Shown here piece after piece: positions 48,714 through 62,393 of a DNA stretch of 64,000 nt (position 1 is its first letter; each line of letters starts with the position of its first letter). The notes beneath the pieces are model-generated. The model did not search any database and had not been told where the DNA came from. It was given only the letters and a program-made list of their open reading frames with translations. A program made the position numbers and the translations under genes. The stretch comes from Escherichia coli (GTDB taxonomy: Bacteria > Pseudomonadota > Gammaproteobacteria > Enterobacterales > Enterobacteriaceae). The DNA lies in NCBI RefSeq assembly GCF_001677475.2, contig NZ_CP015229.1. One strand, 5' to 3'.

Positions 48714-51419
48714 ATGCTAATCAAATTATTAACTAAAGTTTTCGGTAGTCGTAACGATCGCACCCTGCGCCGGATGCGCAAAGTGGTCAACATCATCAAT
48801 GCTATGGAACCGGAGATGGAAAAACTCTCCGACGAAGAACTGAAAGGGAAAACCGCAGAGTTTCGTGCACGTCTGGAAAAAGGCGAAGTGCTGGAAAATC
48901 TGATCCCGGAAGCTTTCGCCGTGGTACGTGAGGCAAGTAAGCGCGTCTTTGGTATGCGTCACTTCGACGTTCAGTTACTCGGCGGTATGGTTCTTAACGA
49001 ACGCTGCATCGCCGAAATGCGTACCGGTGAAGGTAAAACCCTGACCGCAACGCTGCCTGCTTATCTGAACGCACTAACCGGTAAAGGCGTGCATGTAGTT
49101 ACCGTCAACGACTACCTGGCGCAACGTGACGCCGAAAACAACCGTCCGCTGTTTGAATTCCTTGGCCTGACTGTCGGTATCAACCTGCCGGGCATGCCAG
49201 CACCGGCAAAGCGCGAAGCTTACGCAGCTGACATCACTTACGGTACGAACAACGAATACGGCTTTGACTACCTGCGCGACAATATGGCGTTCAGCCCTGA
49301 AGAACGTGTACAGCGTAAACTGCACTATGCGCTGGTGGACGAAGTGGACTCCATCCTGATCGATGAAGCGCGTACACCGCTGATCATTTCCGGCCCGGCA
49401 GAAGACAGCTCGGAAATGTATAAACGCGTGAATAAAATTATTCCGCACCTGATCCGTCAGGAAAAAGAAGACTCCGAAACCTTCCAGGGCGAAGGCCACT
49501 TCTCGGTGGACGAAAAATCTCGCCAGGTGAACCTGACCGAACGTGGTCTGGTCTTGATTGAAGAACTGCTGGTGAAAGAAGGCATCATGGATGAAGGTGA
49601 GTCTCTGTACTCTCCGGCCAACATAATGCTGATGCACCACGTAACGGCGGCACTGCGCGCTCATGCGCTGTTTACCCGCGACGTCGACTACATCGTTAAA
49701 GATGGTGAAGTTATCATCGTTGACGAACACACCGGTCGTACCATGCAGGGCCGTCGCTGGTCCGATGGTCTGCACCAGGCTGTGGAAGCGAAAGAAGGTG
49801 TGCAGATCCAGAACGAAAACCAAACGCTGGCTTCGATCACCTTCCAGAACTACTTCCGTCTGTATGAAAAACTGGCGGGGATGACTGGTACTGCTGATAC
49901 CGAAGCTTTCGAATTTAGCTCAATCTACAAGCTGGATACTGTCGTTGTTCCGACCAACCGTCCTATGATTCGTAAAGATCTGCCGGACCTGGTCTATATG
50001 ACTGAAGCGGAAAAAATTCAGGCGATCATTGAAGATATCAAAGAACGTACTGCGAAAGGCCAGCCGGTGCTGGTGGGTACTATCTCCATCGAAAAATCGG
50101 AGCTGGTGTCAAACGAACTGACCAAAGCCGGTATTAAGCACAACGTCCTGAACGCCAAATTCCACGCCAACGAAGCGGCGATTGTCGCTCAGGCAGGTTA
50201 TCCGGCTGCGGTGACTATCGCGACCAACATGGCGGGTCGTGGTACAGATATTGTGCTCGGTGGTAGCTGGCAGGCAGAAGTTGCCGCGCTGGAAAATCCG
50301 ACCGCGGAGCAAATTGAAAAAATTAAAGCCGATTGGCAGGTACGTCACGATGCGGTACTGGAAGCAGGTGGCCTGCATATCATCGGTACCGAGCGTCACG
50401 AATCCCGTCGTATCGATAACCAGTTGCGCGGTCGTTCTGGTCGTCAGGGGGATGCTGGTTCTTCCCGTTTCTACCTGTCGATGGAAGATGCGCTGATGCG
50501 TATTTTTGCTTCCGACCGAGTATCCGGCATGATGCGTAAACTGGGTATGAAGCCAGGCGAAGCCATTGAACACCCGTGGGTGACCAAAGCGATTGCCAAC
50601 GCCCAGCGTAAAGTTGAAAGCCGTAACTTCGACATTCGTAAGCAACTGCTGGAATATGATGACGTGGCTAACGATCAGCGTCGCGCCATTTACTCCCAGC
50701 GTAACGAACTGCTGGATGTCAGCGATGTGAGTGAAACCATCAACAGCATTCGTGAAGATGTGTTCAAAGCCACCATTGATGCCTACATTCCGCCACAGTC
50801 GCTGGAAGAAATGTGGGATATTCCGGGGCTGCAGGAACGTCTGAAGAACGATTTCGACCTTGATTTGCCAATTGCCGAGTGGCTGGATAAAGAACCAGAA
50901 CTGCATGAAGAGACACTGCGTGAGCGCATTCTGGCGCAGTCCATCGAAGTGTATCAGCGTAAAGAAGAAGTGGTTGGTGCTGAGATGATGCGTCACTTCG
51001 AGAAAGGCGTCATGCTGCAAACGCTTGACTCCCTGTGGAAAGAGCACCTGGCGGCGATGGACTATCTGCGTCAGGGTATCCACCTGCGTGGCTATGCACA
51101 GAAAGATCCGAAGCAGGAATACAAACGTGAATCGTTCTCCATGTTTGCAGCGATGCTGGAGTCGTTGAAATATGAAGTTATCAGTACGCTGAGCAAAGTT
51201 CAGGTACGTATGCCTGAAGAGGTTGAAGAGCTGGAACAACAGCGTCGTATGGAAGCCGAGCGTTTAGCGCAAATGCAGCAGCTTAGCCATCAGGATGACG
51301 ACTCTGCCGCCGCAGCTGCACTGGCGGCGCAAACCGGTGAACGCAAAGTAGGACGTAACGATCCTTGCCCGTGCGGTTCTGGTAAAAAATACAAGCAGTG
51401 TCATGGCCGCCTGCAATAA
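48714..51419 (+). CDS. secA: Preprotein translocase ATPase SecA
   Basis: 901-aa ORF; C-terminal zinc finger [14 protein letters not shown]. Confidence 0.97.
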
Positions 51420-51437
51420 AAGCTAACAGTTGAAGTA

Positions 51438-51466
51438 AAAGGCGCAGGATTCTGCGCCTTTTTTAT
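51438..51466 (+). terminator. secA terminator
   Basis: AAAAGGCGCAGGATTCTGCGCCTTTTTT. Confidence 0.8.
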
Positions 51467-51478
51467 AGGTTTAAGACA

Positions 51479-51967
<489 letters not shown>

Positions 51968-52165
51968 TCACTGCTTTGGCTCTTCGCTCCAGTCATCGCT
52001 TTCGGAAAGATCGCCACTGCTGGGGATTCGTTTTTCTTCAGCAGCCCATTCTCCGAGGTCGATCAGCTGACAACGTTTGGAGCAAAATGGCCGAAACGGG
52101 CTGATTTCACCCCACACCACCGTTTTCCCGCAGGTTGGGCAATTCACCGTAATAGTTTCTGACAT
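51968..52165 (-). CDS. yacG: DNA gyrase inhibitor YacG (zinc ribbon)
   Basis: 65-aa ORF with CPTCGK…CSKRCQ. Confidence 0.93.
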
Positions 52166-52174
52166 TTTTACTCC

Positions 52175-52918
52175 TTAGCAACAGGCCAGTTCGAAATCCA
52201 GACGTTCCGGTACCTGTCCGTTTTCACTGTCCAGCGGCATAAAACGAATGGCAAAACGGCTCTTATGACCGGAAATTTGCGGATAAAGCTGTGAATCGAG
52301 CGACAGATTCAGGCGCAGCAAGTCGGCATCGCCACCGTTATCCTGATAAAAACCATTCAGGCTGGTTTGTTTACGGAAGGGGGCCGACTGGCGAATTAAA
52401 TCCAGCACCATGGTAAGTGCCTGGGTGAGCGGGTTCAGGCTGGCAATCCAGGTTTCTACCTGGCTGTCGCGCTGCGCCTGAGGTAGATGCAGCCAAATGT
52501 GCAATGTAGGTAAATCAAAGCTGCAACAGCCGCCTGGGATGCTCAGTCGCTGACGCACCAGAGCAATCAAACGATCTTCACGCAGAAATTGCCCGATACG
52601 CGGCGCGGAAATTAATACGCTCCCTGCCGCTTTTAACTGCTGAATTAATGCTTCAATACGGCTCTGGTCCACGCCAGGCACGCCAATCCAGGTCTGGAGT
52701 TTACGTTGCTGCCGGTCAAGTTCTTTCAACAGCTCAGTGCGGACTTCGCCGCGCTCGAAAACGTCCAGTAATTCACTGACATTACGGAAGAAATGCAGCG
52801 CACCAGCGTGGTCAACGATGGGTAAATTAACGGTGAGTTGCTGAATCAAAAACTCAATGCGCAGCCATGTACGCATTTTTTCATTTAGTGGATGTTCAAA
52901 AAGGACCTGGGTCTGCAT
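52175..52918 (-). CDS. zapD: Z-ring-associated protein ZapD (YacF)
   Basis: 247-aa ORF; synteny. Confidence 0.93.
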
Positions 52919-53538
52919 TACGGTTTTTCCTGTGAGGCAAACTGCGACGCAAGCTGCAAATAGTGTGCGTGCAGGCGGGCAACATCAGATGCGATAGCAT
53001 CCGGTGCGCCGTTATTATCAATGACGTCATCTGCCACGGCAAGGCGGGCTTCGCGCGTTGCCTGAGCAGCAAGGATTTGTTCGACATGTTCGCGAGTTAC
53101 ATCATCGCGCTGCATGGTACGCTTAAGCTGCGTTTCTGGGCTGACATCCACCACCAGCACTCGATTCGCTTTTTTATACAGTGAGTTTTCTACCAGCAAT
53201 GGCACAACCCACAGTACATAGGGGGAGGTTGCTTGCTGGATCTGGTGTTGCGTCTCTTGCTGAATCAGCGGATGCAGCAGGTCGTTAAGCCAGTTTTTCT
53301 CTTCCGGGTTGGCGAAGATCCGCTCGCGCAAGGCCCGGCGCTGCAATGTTCCATCAGCAGCAATCATGTTAGCGCCAAAGTGATCAGCAATGGCATGTAG
53401 CGCAGGTGCACCTGGTTCAACCACCTGACGCGCAATAATATCGGCATCAATGACGTTAATTCCGAGATCAGCAAACGCATTGGCAACGGTACTCTTGCCA
53501 CTGCCAATGCCTCCCGTTAAGGCAACTATATACCTCAT
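52918..53538 (-). CDS. coaE: Dephospho-CoA kinase
   Basis: 206-aa ORF with P-loop GGIGSGKST. Confidence 0.95.
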
Positions 53539-53762
53539 AATTTATATTCCCGGGAATTCATCATGATTATCAAAACGTTAAAAATGAGCGCACGAAAGCG
53601 AAATTGATGAAACGTTCGCTCACTATTTACCAGGTAAATTTATGGGATTGTAGCGTAAAAAAAGACAATTTCGCAGTCTTGCGCCGCATTGATTAGTGCG
53701 TATGATAACGTCACTGGAGTTGCGCTCTTACCCTTATAGCCATTAACCCCAGGAATCCGCAC

Positions 53763-54806
53763 ATGCGTATTGAAGAAGATCTGAAGTTAGGTTTTAAAGA
53801 CGTTCTCATCCGCCCTAAACGTTCCACTCTTAAAAGCCGTTCCGATGTTGAACTGGAACGTCAATTCACCTTCAAACATTCAGGTCAGAGCTGGTCCGGC
53901 GTGCCGATTATCGCCGCAAATATGGACACCGTAGGCACATTTTCTATGGCCTCTGCGCTGGCTTCTTTTGATATTTTGACTGCTGTGCATAAACACTATT
54001 CTGTCGAAGAGTGGCAAGCGTTTATCAACAATTCTTCCGCTGATGTGCTGAAACATGTGATGGTTTCTACCGGTACATCAGATGCGGATTTCGAAAAAAC
54101 TAAACAGATTCTCGACCTGAACCCGGCATTAAATTTCGTTTGTATTGACGTGGCGAATGGTTATTCCGAACACTTCGTGCAGTTCGTTGCGAAAGCGCGT
54201 GAAGCGTGGCCGACCAAAACCATTTGTGCTGGCAACGTGGTGACTGGTGAAATGTGTGAGGAGCTTATCCTCTCCGGTGCTGATATCGTTAAAGTTGGCA
54301 TTGGCCCAGGTTCTGTTTGTACAACTCGCGTCAAAACAGGCGTCGGTTATCCGCAGCTTTCTGCGGTAATCGAATGTGCCGATGCGGCGCACGGTCTGGG
54401 TGGAATGATCGTCAGCGACGGTGGCTGTACCACGCCGGGCGATGTCGCGAAAGCCTTTGGCGGCGGTGCCGATTTCGTCATGCTTGGCGGCATGCTGGCG
54501 GGCCACGAAGAGAGCGGCGGTCGCATCGTTGAGGAGAACGGCGAGAAATTTATGCTGTTCTACGGCATGAGCTCCGAGTCTGCGATGAAACGTCACGTTG
54601 GCGGCGTTGCGGAATACCGCGCAGCAGAAGGTAAAACTGTTAAGCTGCCGCTGCGAGGCCCGGTTGAAAATACCGCGCGTGATATTTTGGGCGGCCTGCG
54701 TTCAGCTTGTACATACGTTGGGGCTTCACGCCTGAAAGAACTGACCAAGCGCACCACGTTTATTCGTGTGCAGGAACAAGAAAACCGCATCTTCAACAAC
54801 CTGTAA
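53763..54806 (+). CDS. guaC: GMP reductase
   Basis: 347-aa IMPDH/GMPR-family ORF. Confidence 0.96.
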
Positions 54807-54840
54807 TCTCCCAACGCTGGCGTGGAGCAACACGCCAGCG

Positions 54841-56043
54841 TTATCCCATCCCACTCATCGCATCGCCTAAATGGAAAATTGGCAGATACATTGCCACCAC
54901 CAGCGTACCGATAATTCCTCCCGTTATGATCAGCAACGCCGGTTCCAGTAAGGCTGCGAGGTTATCCGCCAGCGCCATTGTGTTATCTCGATGATGATGG
55001 GCGAGGTTGTCTAGCATGAGATCCAGCGAGCCGGATGCCTCTCCTGTTCTCACTAATTGCAAACAGAGCTGGCTAAACTCACCGGTATTTTTTAGCGCCA
55101 GCCAGATGGGATGACCGTTACTGATATCGTGCTGGATTTGTGTCAGAAGTTGCACCCAGTACGGGCAGCGCATTGTTTCTCTGACGCTCTCTACGCCCTG
55201 TAAAAAAGTAATGCCTGCACTTTGTGTCAGCGCCAGAATAGTAAAGATCTGCGTGAGTTTTTGTCCCCTCATCAGTGAACCCATAATCGGGATGCGTAAC
55301 AGCAATTTCTGCCGCGCGATAAGCCAGGTAGGGTGGCGCATCAGCAACTTATTGGCTATCGCCAGCAGAAAACCGAACAACACCAGCAGCCAGCTCCATT
55401 CGCCACTAAAGTCTGCCAGCGTCATGATCCCCTGCGTTAGTGCCGGTAGTGGGGTGCTGAAGGTCTTATAGATAGCGGCAAACTCCGGCAGAACAAAATG
55501 CAGCATTGCCACAACCACCATGATTGCCATCGCTAAAATGATGATGGGATAACGCAACGCTGATTTCACTTTATCGGCTAACTGACGCTGGGCTTTTTGC
55601 TGTCGAGCAAGTTCAAAGCAACATTCATCTAACTTACCAGTCAATTCCCCCGTGCGGATCATTGCCTGATAGAGCGGCGGAAATACCTCTGACCAGGGTA
55701 ATAAGGCATTGGAAAAAGCAATGCCCTGTTCGAGATCGTGCGCCAGCGATTGCAGCAACGCTTGCCATTGCTTACTGGGATGCTGTCCCGCCAGCAGTGC
55801 CAGCCCTTCAGAAAGCGTTAACCCGGCTTTGAGTAGCGTCGCCAGTTGATGAATGACTTCCGCGCTTTTATCTCCTCGCCACTGCGCAGAATTGATGGCG
55901 ATTCGCTTCAGGCTTAGTGGGGTAACCATCTGTTGCTGTAGTGCCATAAGCAGCAAAGCACGGCTCTCTGCCCATAGCATCCCATCTTGCGCATTGCCGT
56001 CGCCGGTTATGCCATGCCAGCGCCAGAGTTGCTTACTCGCCAT
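54841..56043 (-). CDS. hofC: Type IV pilus assembly inner-membrane platform protein HofC
   Basis: 400-aa GspF/PilC-like membrane ORF. Confidence 0.93.
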   Translation of the reverse strand: MASKQLWRWHGITGDGNAQDGMLWAESRALLLMALQQQMVTPLSLKRIAINSAQWRGDKSAEVIHQLATLLKAGLTLSEGLALLAGQHPSKQWQALLQSLAHDLEQGIAFSNALLPWSEVFPPLYQAMIRTGELTGKLDECCFELARQQKAQRQLADKVKSALRYPIIILAMAIMVVVAMLHFVLPEFAAIYKTFSTPLPALTQGIMTLADFSGEWSWLLVLFGFLLAIANKLLMRHPTWLIARQKLLLRIPIMGSLMRGQKLTQIFTILALTQSAGITFLQGVESVRETMRCPYWVQLLTQIQHDISNGHPIWLALKNTGEFSQLCLQLVRTGEASGSLDLMLDNLAHHHRDNTMALADNLAALLEPALLIITGGIIGTLVVAMYLPIFHLGDAMSGMG

Positions 56044-57418
56044 GCGGCATCCCCAATACGCGGATTAACTCTTCAAAGGTGGTTAAGCCTTGCTCCACGG
56101 CCAGGCAGCCGTTTTCAAAAAGCGTACGCATACCCGCCTGTCGGGCGTGTGTTTCCAGCGATTCAACGTCGGTATTAGCGGAAATAAGCTGGCGTATGAT
56201 CGGTGTTATGGGTAGAACTTCAAATAAGGCCGTACGACCATAAAAACCGTGGTAGCAATGTACACAACCGGGTGCTTGCCAGCGGGGCAGCGGCGACGGC
56301 CATACATTGTCTGGAATATGGATTGGCTCCCCTTGCTGTCGGCGACAATGTGGGCAAAGTTTGCGTACCAGACGCTGGGCTATTACCAGCGTAAGCGCTG
56401 ATGAGAGCATCCAGCGGGCGACTCCCATTTGCTGTAAACGTACCAGCGTTTCGCAGGTGGAATTAGTGTGTAGGGTAGACAACACCAGGTGACCGGTTTG
56501 CGCGGCTTTAATGGCAATTTCTGCCGTTTCGCCATCGCGGATCTCTCCGATCATGATGACGTCAGGATCCTGGCGCAATAACGCACGCAAAACGCCCTGA
56601 AAGGTGAGTCCGGCACGCGAATGGATTTGCGTCTGGTTTAGTCCGGCTATGGGGATCTCAACCGGATCTTCGACGCTACAAATATTAATGTCAGCGGTAT
56701 TCAGCGTTTGCAGGGCACTATAAAGCGTGACCGTTTTGCCGCTGCCTGTAGGGCCAGTTACCAGCACCAGTCCCTGTGGTTGTTGCAAGGCATGAGCAAA
56801 GTCCGCCAGTTGTAACGGCTGCATTCCAAGCGTGTTGACATCCAGTGCCTGGCTCACCTGCTGTAACAATCTTAATACCACCTTTTCACCACCCCGACAT
56901 GGTAAGGTCGCAATACGAAATGAGACGGCGTTTCCTGCCAGTTCGACAGTGAATTGCCCGTCCTGCGGCAGGCGATGTTCCGCAATATCCAGGTTTCCCA
57001 GCACTTTTAATCTGGCGGTTAATGCGACTCCGGCATCCGGTGAAACATCCGGTAAAGGATGCAATACGCCGTCGATACGCAAGCGGATGCGGTAGGCATT
57101 GTCCGCTGGTTCGATATGAATATCAGACGCGCGTTGTTCCAGCGCAGCTTGTAACGTTCGAGTCAGCAACTCTGCTTTGGGCTGATGCTTCTCCTGAACA
57201 GCTACGGGCAATGTCTGTTGTGTGCGACTGGCGTGACCTTCCATTTGTTGGCGCGTCCAGCAGGTGATCTCAATACGTTTGGTGGTAGCGAAATGCAATG
57301 CGTCCAGTAGCTCATGCGAAGGTGCATCGACTACCGCAACATGAACCACCTCTTCGCTGGCATCCAGCAAGACTCCCTGATAACGCAGACACAGGGCGGT
57401 GAGCTGTGGAATATTCAT
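56033..57418 (-). CDS. hofB: Type IV pilus assembly ATPase HofB (GspE/PilB family)
   Basis: 461-aa ORF with Walker A GPTGSGKT. Confidence 0.93.
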   Translation of the reverse strand: MNIPQLTALCLRYQGVLLDASEEVVHVAVVDAPSHELLDALHFATTKRIEITCWTRQQMEGHASRTQQTLPVAVQEKHQPKAELLTRTLQAALEQRASDIHIEPADNAYRIRLRIDGVLHPLPDVSPDAGVALTARLKVLGNLDIAEHRLPQDGQFTVELAGNAVSFRIATLPCRGGEKVVLRLLQQVSQALDVNTLGMQPLQLADFAHALQQPQGLVLVTGPTGSGKTVTLYSALQTLNTADINICSVEDPVEIPIAGLNQTQIHSRAGLTFQGVLRALLRQDPDVIMIGEIRDGETAEIAIKAAQTGHLVLSTLHTNSTCETLVRLQQMGVARWMLSSALTLVIAQRLVRKLCPHCRRQQGEPIHIPDNVWPSPLPRWQAPGCVHCYHGFYGRTALFEVLPITPIIRQLISANTDVESLETHARQAGMRTLFENGCLAVEQGLTTFEELIRVLGMPHGE

Positions 57419-57427
57419 TGCCGCTCC

Positions 57428-57868
57428 TTAGTTTGCGTCATCAAAGCGAAAGACATCTTCGCAGGCTTGCTGCAATGCGCTGTCACTTTGAATATTGCAA
57501 TTGCGCGTCCAACCGGTGACGCCGTTTGCGTTATCCCAACCCGGCGTCATGACGACGCTTAGCCCATTGAGACTTTCTTGCCCGGTCAGCGACACCACGC
57601 CCTTTGCCACACTCATGGCTGAAACATAGCGGGGGGTGGTAGGCGAGGGGATGCCATTACTGCCACCGTCGCAGGTATCTAATCCACCATGTTCCAGCGC
57701 GCACAACTCTACGGCGGTACGGTAAGGCACAAAGGTTTGTAGCATGTCGGTGAGTGCGGCTTTGCGCAGGTAGTTTTGATAAGCGGGAATACCAATGGCG
57801 CTTAAAATGGCAATGATGCCAATAACCACCATCAGTTCGATAAGTGTAAAACCGCGTTGCTTGTCCAT
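57428..57868 (-). CDS. ppdD: Prepilin-peptidase-dependent type IV pilin PpdD
   Basis: 146-aa ORF; N-terminus MDKQRGFTLIELMVV (class III signal). Confidence 0.93.
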   Translation of the reverse strand: MDKQRGFTLIELMVVIGIIAILSAIGIPAYQNYLRKAALTDMLQTFVPYRTAVELCALEHGGLDTCDGGSNGIPSPTTPRYVSAMSVAKGVVSLTGQESLNGLSVVMTPGWDNANGVTGWTRNCNIQSDSALQQACEDVFRFDDAN

Positions 57869-58070
57869 TTGTTTCGCTCCTTGATTTGGTTGGCGCTACT
57901 TTGGCAAACGCCATCAGCACAAGCGAGGGGCAAAAAACGAAACGGGAAAGCAGCTTCCGGAGTTTTTTATTACGTTGCAGCGAAAGACAAGAAATTTGCG
58001 AGGCGTTACGAAGAAAGTTGGGAAAGGGGAGATTATCCGCCCGCGATGGAGCGGATAAATCTGTCAGCAA

Positions 58071-59024
<954 letters not shown>

Positions 59025-59051
59025 TTAGCACCACATATAAGGAGATCCTGC

Positions 59052-59603
59052 ATGTTGTTAGAACAGGGGTGGCTGGTTGGCGCGCGCCGCGTTCCCTCAC
59101 CACATTACGATTGCCGCCCGGATGACGAAACACCCACCCTGCTGGTGGTGCACAATATTAGCCTGCCGCCAGGCGAGTTTGGCGGTCCGTGGATCGACGC
59201 ATTATTCACTGGAACTATTGATCCGCAGGCACATCCTTTCTTTGCTGAGATCGCCCATTTGCGCGTCTCCGCTCACTGTTTGATTCGCCGTGATGGTGAA
59301 ATAGTCCAGTATGTTCCTTTCGATAAACGTGCATGGCATGCGGGAGTCTCTCAGTATCAGGGGCGCGAACGCTGCAATGATTTTTCTATTGGGATTGAGC
59401 TTGAAGGCACCGATACGCTGGCGTATACCGATGCGCAGTATCAACAGCTTGCGGCGGTTACGCGGGCACTGATTGATTGCTATCCGGATATCGCTAAAAA
59501 CATGACGGGCCATTGTGATATTGCGCCGGATCGGAAAACCGATCCCGGTCCTGCATTTGATTGGGCACGGTTTCGTGCGCTGGTCAGCAAGGAGACAACA
59601 TGA
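59052..59603 (+). CDS. ampD: 1,6-anhydro-N-acetylmuramyl-L-alanine amidase AmpD
   Basis: 183-aa ORF. Confidence 0.95.
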
Positions 59604-60454
59604 CGCTATTTACAACCTTACTGGTGTTAATTTTCGAGCGCCTGTTTAAGTTGGGCGAGCACTGGCAGCTTGATCATCGTCTTGAAGCGTTCTTTCGGCG
59701 GGTGAAACATTTTTCTCTCGGGCGCACGTTAGGCATGACCATTATTGCGATGGGCGTGACTTTTTTACTGTTACGCGCATTGCAGGGAGTATTGTTCAAC
59801 GTTCCCACGCTGCTGGTGTGGCTGCTGATTGGTTTGCTGTGTATTGGCGCAGGTAAAGTTCGTCTTCATTATCATGCTTATCTGACAGCTGCTTCACGTA
59901 ATGATAGCCATGCCCGTGCCACGATGGCTGGCGAACTCACCATGATTCACGGCGTCCCGGCAGGCTGCGATGAACGTGAGTATTTGCGTGAGCTGCAAAA
60001 TGCATTGCTGTGGATTAACTTTCGTTTTTATCTTGCACCGCTGTTCTGGCTGATTGTGGGGGGAACCTGGGGACCCGTTACGCTGATGGGGTATGCGTTT
60101 TTGCGTGCATGGCAATACTGGCTGGCGCGTTACCAGACGCCGCATCATCGTTTACAGTCCGGCATTGATGCCGTGCTTCATGTACTGGATTGGGTGCCGG
60201 TTCGTCTTGCGGGTGTGGTATATGCCTTGATCGGTCATGGGGAGAAAGCGTTACCGGCCTGGTTTGCTTCGCTGGGTGATTTCCATACTTCGCAATATCA
60301 GGTATTAACGCGTCTGGCACAGTTCTCTCTGGCGCGTGAACCGCATGTCGATAAGGTGGAGACGCCGAAGGCAGCGGTTTCCATGGCGAAGAAAACCTCG
60401 TTCGTGGTCGTGGTGGTAATTGCGCTACTGACGATTTACGGGGCGTTGGTGTAA
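59600..60454 (+). CDS. ampE: Inner membrane protein AmpE
   Basis: 284 aa from [12 protein letters not shown]; overlaps ampD stop. Confidence 0.93.
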
Positions 60455-60462
60455 AGATTATT

Positions 60463-60487
60463 GCCCTCACCCTGCACGGGTGAGGGC
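60463..60487. terminator. Bidirectional terminator between convergent ampE and aroP
   Basis: GCCCTCACCC-TGCAC-GGGTGAGGGC. Confidence 0.7.
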
Positions 60488-60496
60488 GTAGAGAGA

Positions 60497-61870
60497 TTAA
60501 TGCGCTTTTACGGCTTTGGCGGTTTTCTCTTTAAACAGATAGCCGATACCTAACACGATCAGCCATACCGGGATCAGGTATACCGAAATCGCCATTCCTG
60601 GGGTCATCAGCATAATCACCAGTACCGCCGCCATAAACAGCAGGCAGATCCAGTTACCCAGCGGATAAAGCAGAGCAGGGAAGCGAGTTACCACGCCTTG
60701 TTCCTGCTTGGCGCGACGGAATTTCATATGCGCCAGGCTAATCATCGCCCAGTTGATGACCAGTGCAGATACCACCAGCGCCATTAACAGGCCAAATGCG
60801 GACTCTGGGGCTAGGTAGTTAATCAGTACGCACAATGCCGTAACCAGCGCAGACACCAGAATGGTGTTAACCGGTACGCCGCGTTTATCGACAGACGCCA
60901 GCGCTTTTGGCGCGTTACCCTGTTGTGCCAGACCAAACAGCATACGGCTGTTGCAATATACGCAGCTGTTGTACACGGAGAGCGCCGCAGTCAGTACCAC
61001 GATGTTCAGCGCATTCGCCACAAAGGTATCGCCTAACTCGTGGAAGATCAGCACAAACGGACTGGTATCGGCGGTAACGCGGGTCCACGGCATCAGTGAG
61101 AGCAGAACGGCTAACGAACCAATATAGAAAATCAGGATGCGGTAGATAACCTGGTTAGTCGCTTTCGGGATACTTTGCTCCGGGTTATCAGCTTCTGCTG
61201 CGGTGATCCCCACCAGTTCCAGACCACCGAACGAGAACATGATAATCGCCATCATCATCACCAGCCCGGTGAAGCCGTGCGGCAGGAAGCCCCCTTGATC
61301 CCACAGGTTGCTAACGCTCGCCTGCGGGCCGCCGTTGCCGCTGAATAGCAGCCAGCCGCCGAAGATGATCATCGCTACCACCGCGATAACTTTGATAATG
61401 GCAAACCAGAACTCCATCTCGCCAAACACTTTAACGTTGGTCAGGTTGATGGCGTTGATCACCACAAAGAACACGGCGGCAGAAACCCAGGTGGGGATTT
61501 CCGGATACCAGAACTGAATGTATTTACCCACGGCAGTCAGCTCAGCCATGGCAACTAAAACGTACAGTACCCAGTAGTTCCAGCCAGAGGCGAAACCGGC
61601 AAAACTGCCCCAGTATTTATAAGCAAAGTGGCTAAAGGAGCCTGCGACAGGTTCTTCGACCACCATTTCACCTAGCTGACGCATGATCAGAAAGGCGATA
61701 AAACCAGCAATGGCGTAACCCAGGATAATCCCTGGCCCTGCGGACTGTATTACGGAGGCGCTACCCAGGAATAGCCCTGTCCCTATCGCGCCACCCAGCG
61801 CGATAAGCTGAATATGGCGGTTTTTAAGGCCGCGCTTTAGCTGCTCGCCGTGCTGTTGACCTTCCATCAT
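60497..61870 (-). CDS. aroP: Aromatic amino acid:H+ symporter AroP (APC family)
   Basis: 457-aa polytopic ORF. Confidence 0.96.
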   Translation of the reverse strand: MMEGQQHGEQLKRGLKNRHIQLIALGGAIGTGLFLGSASVIQSAGPGIILGYAIAGFIAFLIMRQLGEMVVEEPVAGSFSHFAYKYWGSFAGFASGWNYWVLYVLVAMAELTAVGKYIQFWYPEIPTWVSAAVFFVVINAINLTNVKVFGEMEFWFAIIKVIAVVAMIIFGGWLLFSGNGGPQASVSNLWDQGGFLPHGFTGLVMMMAIIMFSFGGLELVGITAAEADNPEQSIPKATNQVIYRILIFYIGSLAVLLSLMPWTRVTADTSPFVLIFHELGDTFVANALNIVVLTAALSVYNSCVYCNSRMLFGLAQQGNAPKALASVDKRGVPVNTILVSALVTALCVLINYLAPESAFGLLMALVVSALVINWAMISLAHMKFRRAKQEQGVVTRFPALLYPLGNWICLLFMAAVLVIMLMTPGMAISVYLIPVWLIVLGIGYLFKEKTAKAVKAH

Positions 61871-62393
61871 GAAACCTCGTGCGGTGATTGTTTTTTTGAT
61901 CTACGCAGTGATGCGTGTGTAAGTTTGCAATTCCGTTTGTTGTATTGATTTCTTTACGTTTCATGTAACTGAATTATGATAATGCTACTTTTAACTATCA
62001 CAAGATAATGGTATGTGCCCGGGAATGCACCTGCTTTATGTAGATGCGTTGATTTTTTGGATAAAAAAAACCAATTGTAAGTTTTTTTCACATTTTATAG
62101 ATACTTTAAGTAGGATAACATGCTGTTTTAACTAGCTATATGCCGGATTTGTCTGCCTGCTGAAAACCATGCCTTAGCCACCAGCACAATAATCTTACAA
62201 AAGGTCATATAAGAATAAATAGATGTTAATAATACAATGGGTTTGTAACGCGAGTATTTAAATATAATATTGCGAGCTAAGTGAAAACGTTAAGTAATTG
62301 AAATAATCTTTCATTAAAAGCGTTTCTTATTGATCGAGAAATAAGTTTTCTATTTAATGCAAATAAGTTAAGGATAAACTGGAATGAAATAAA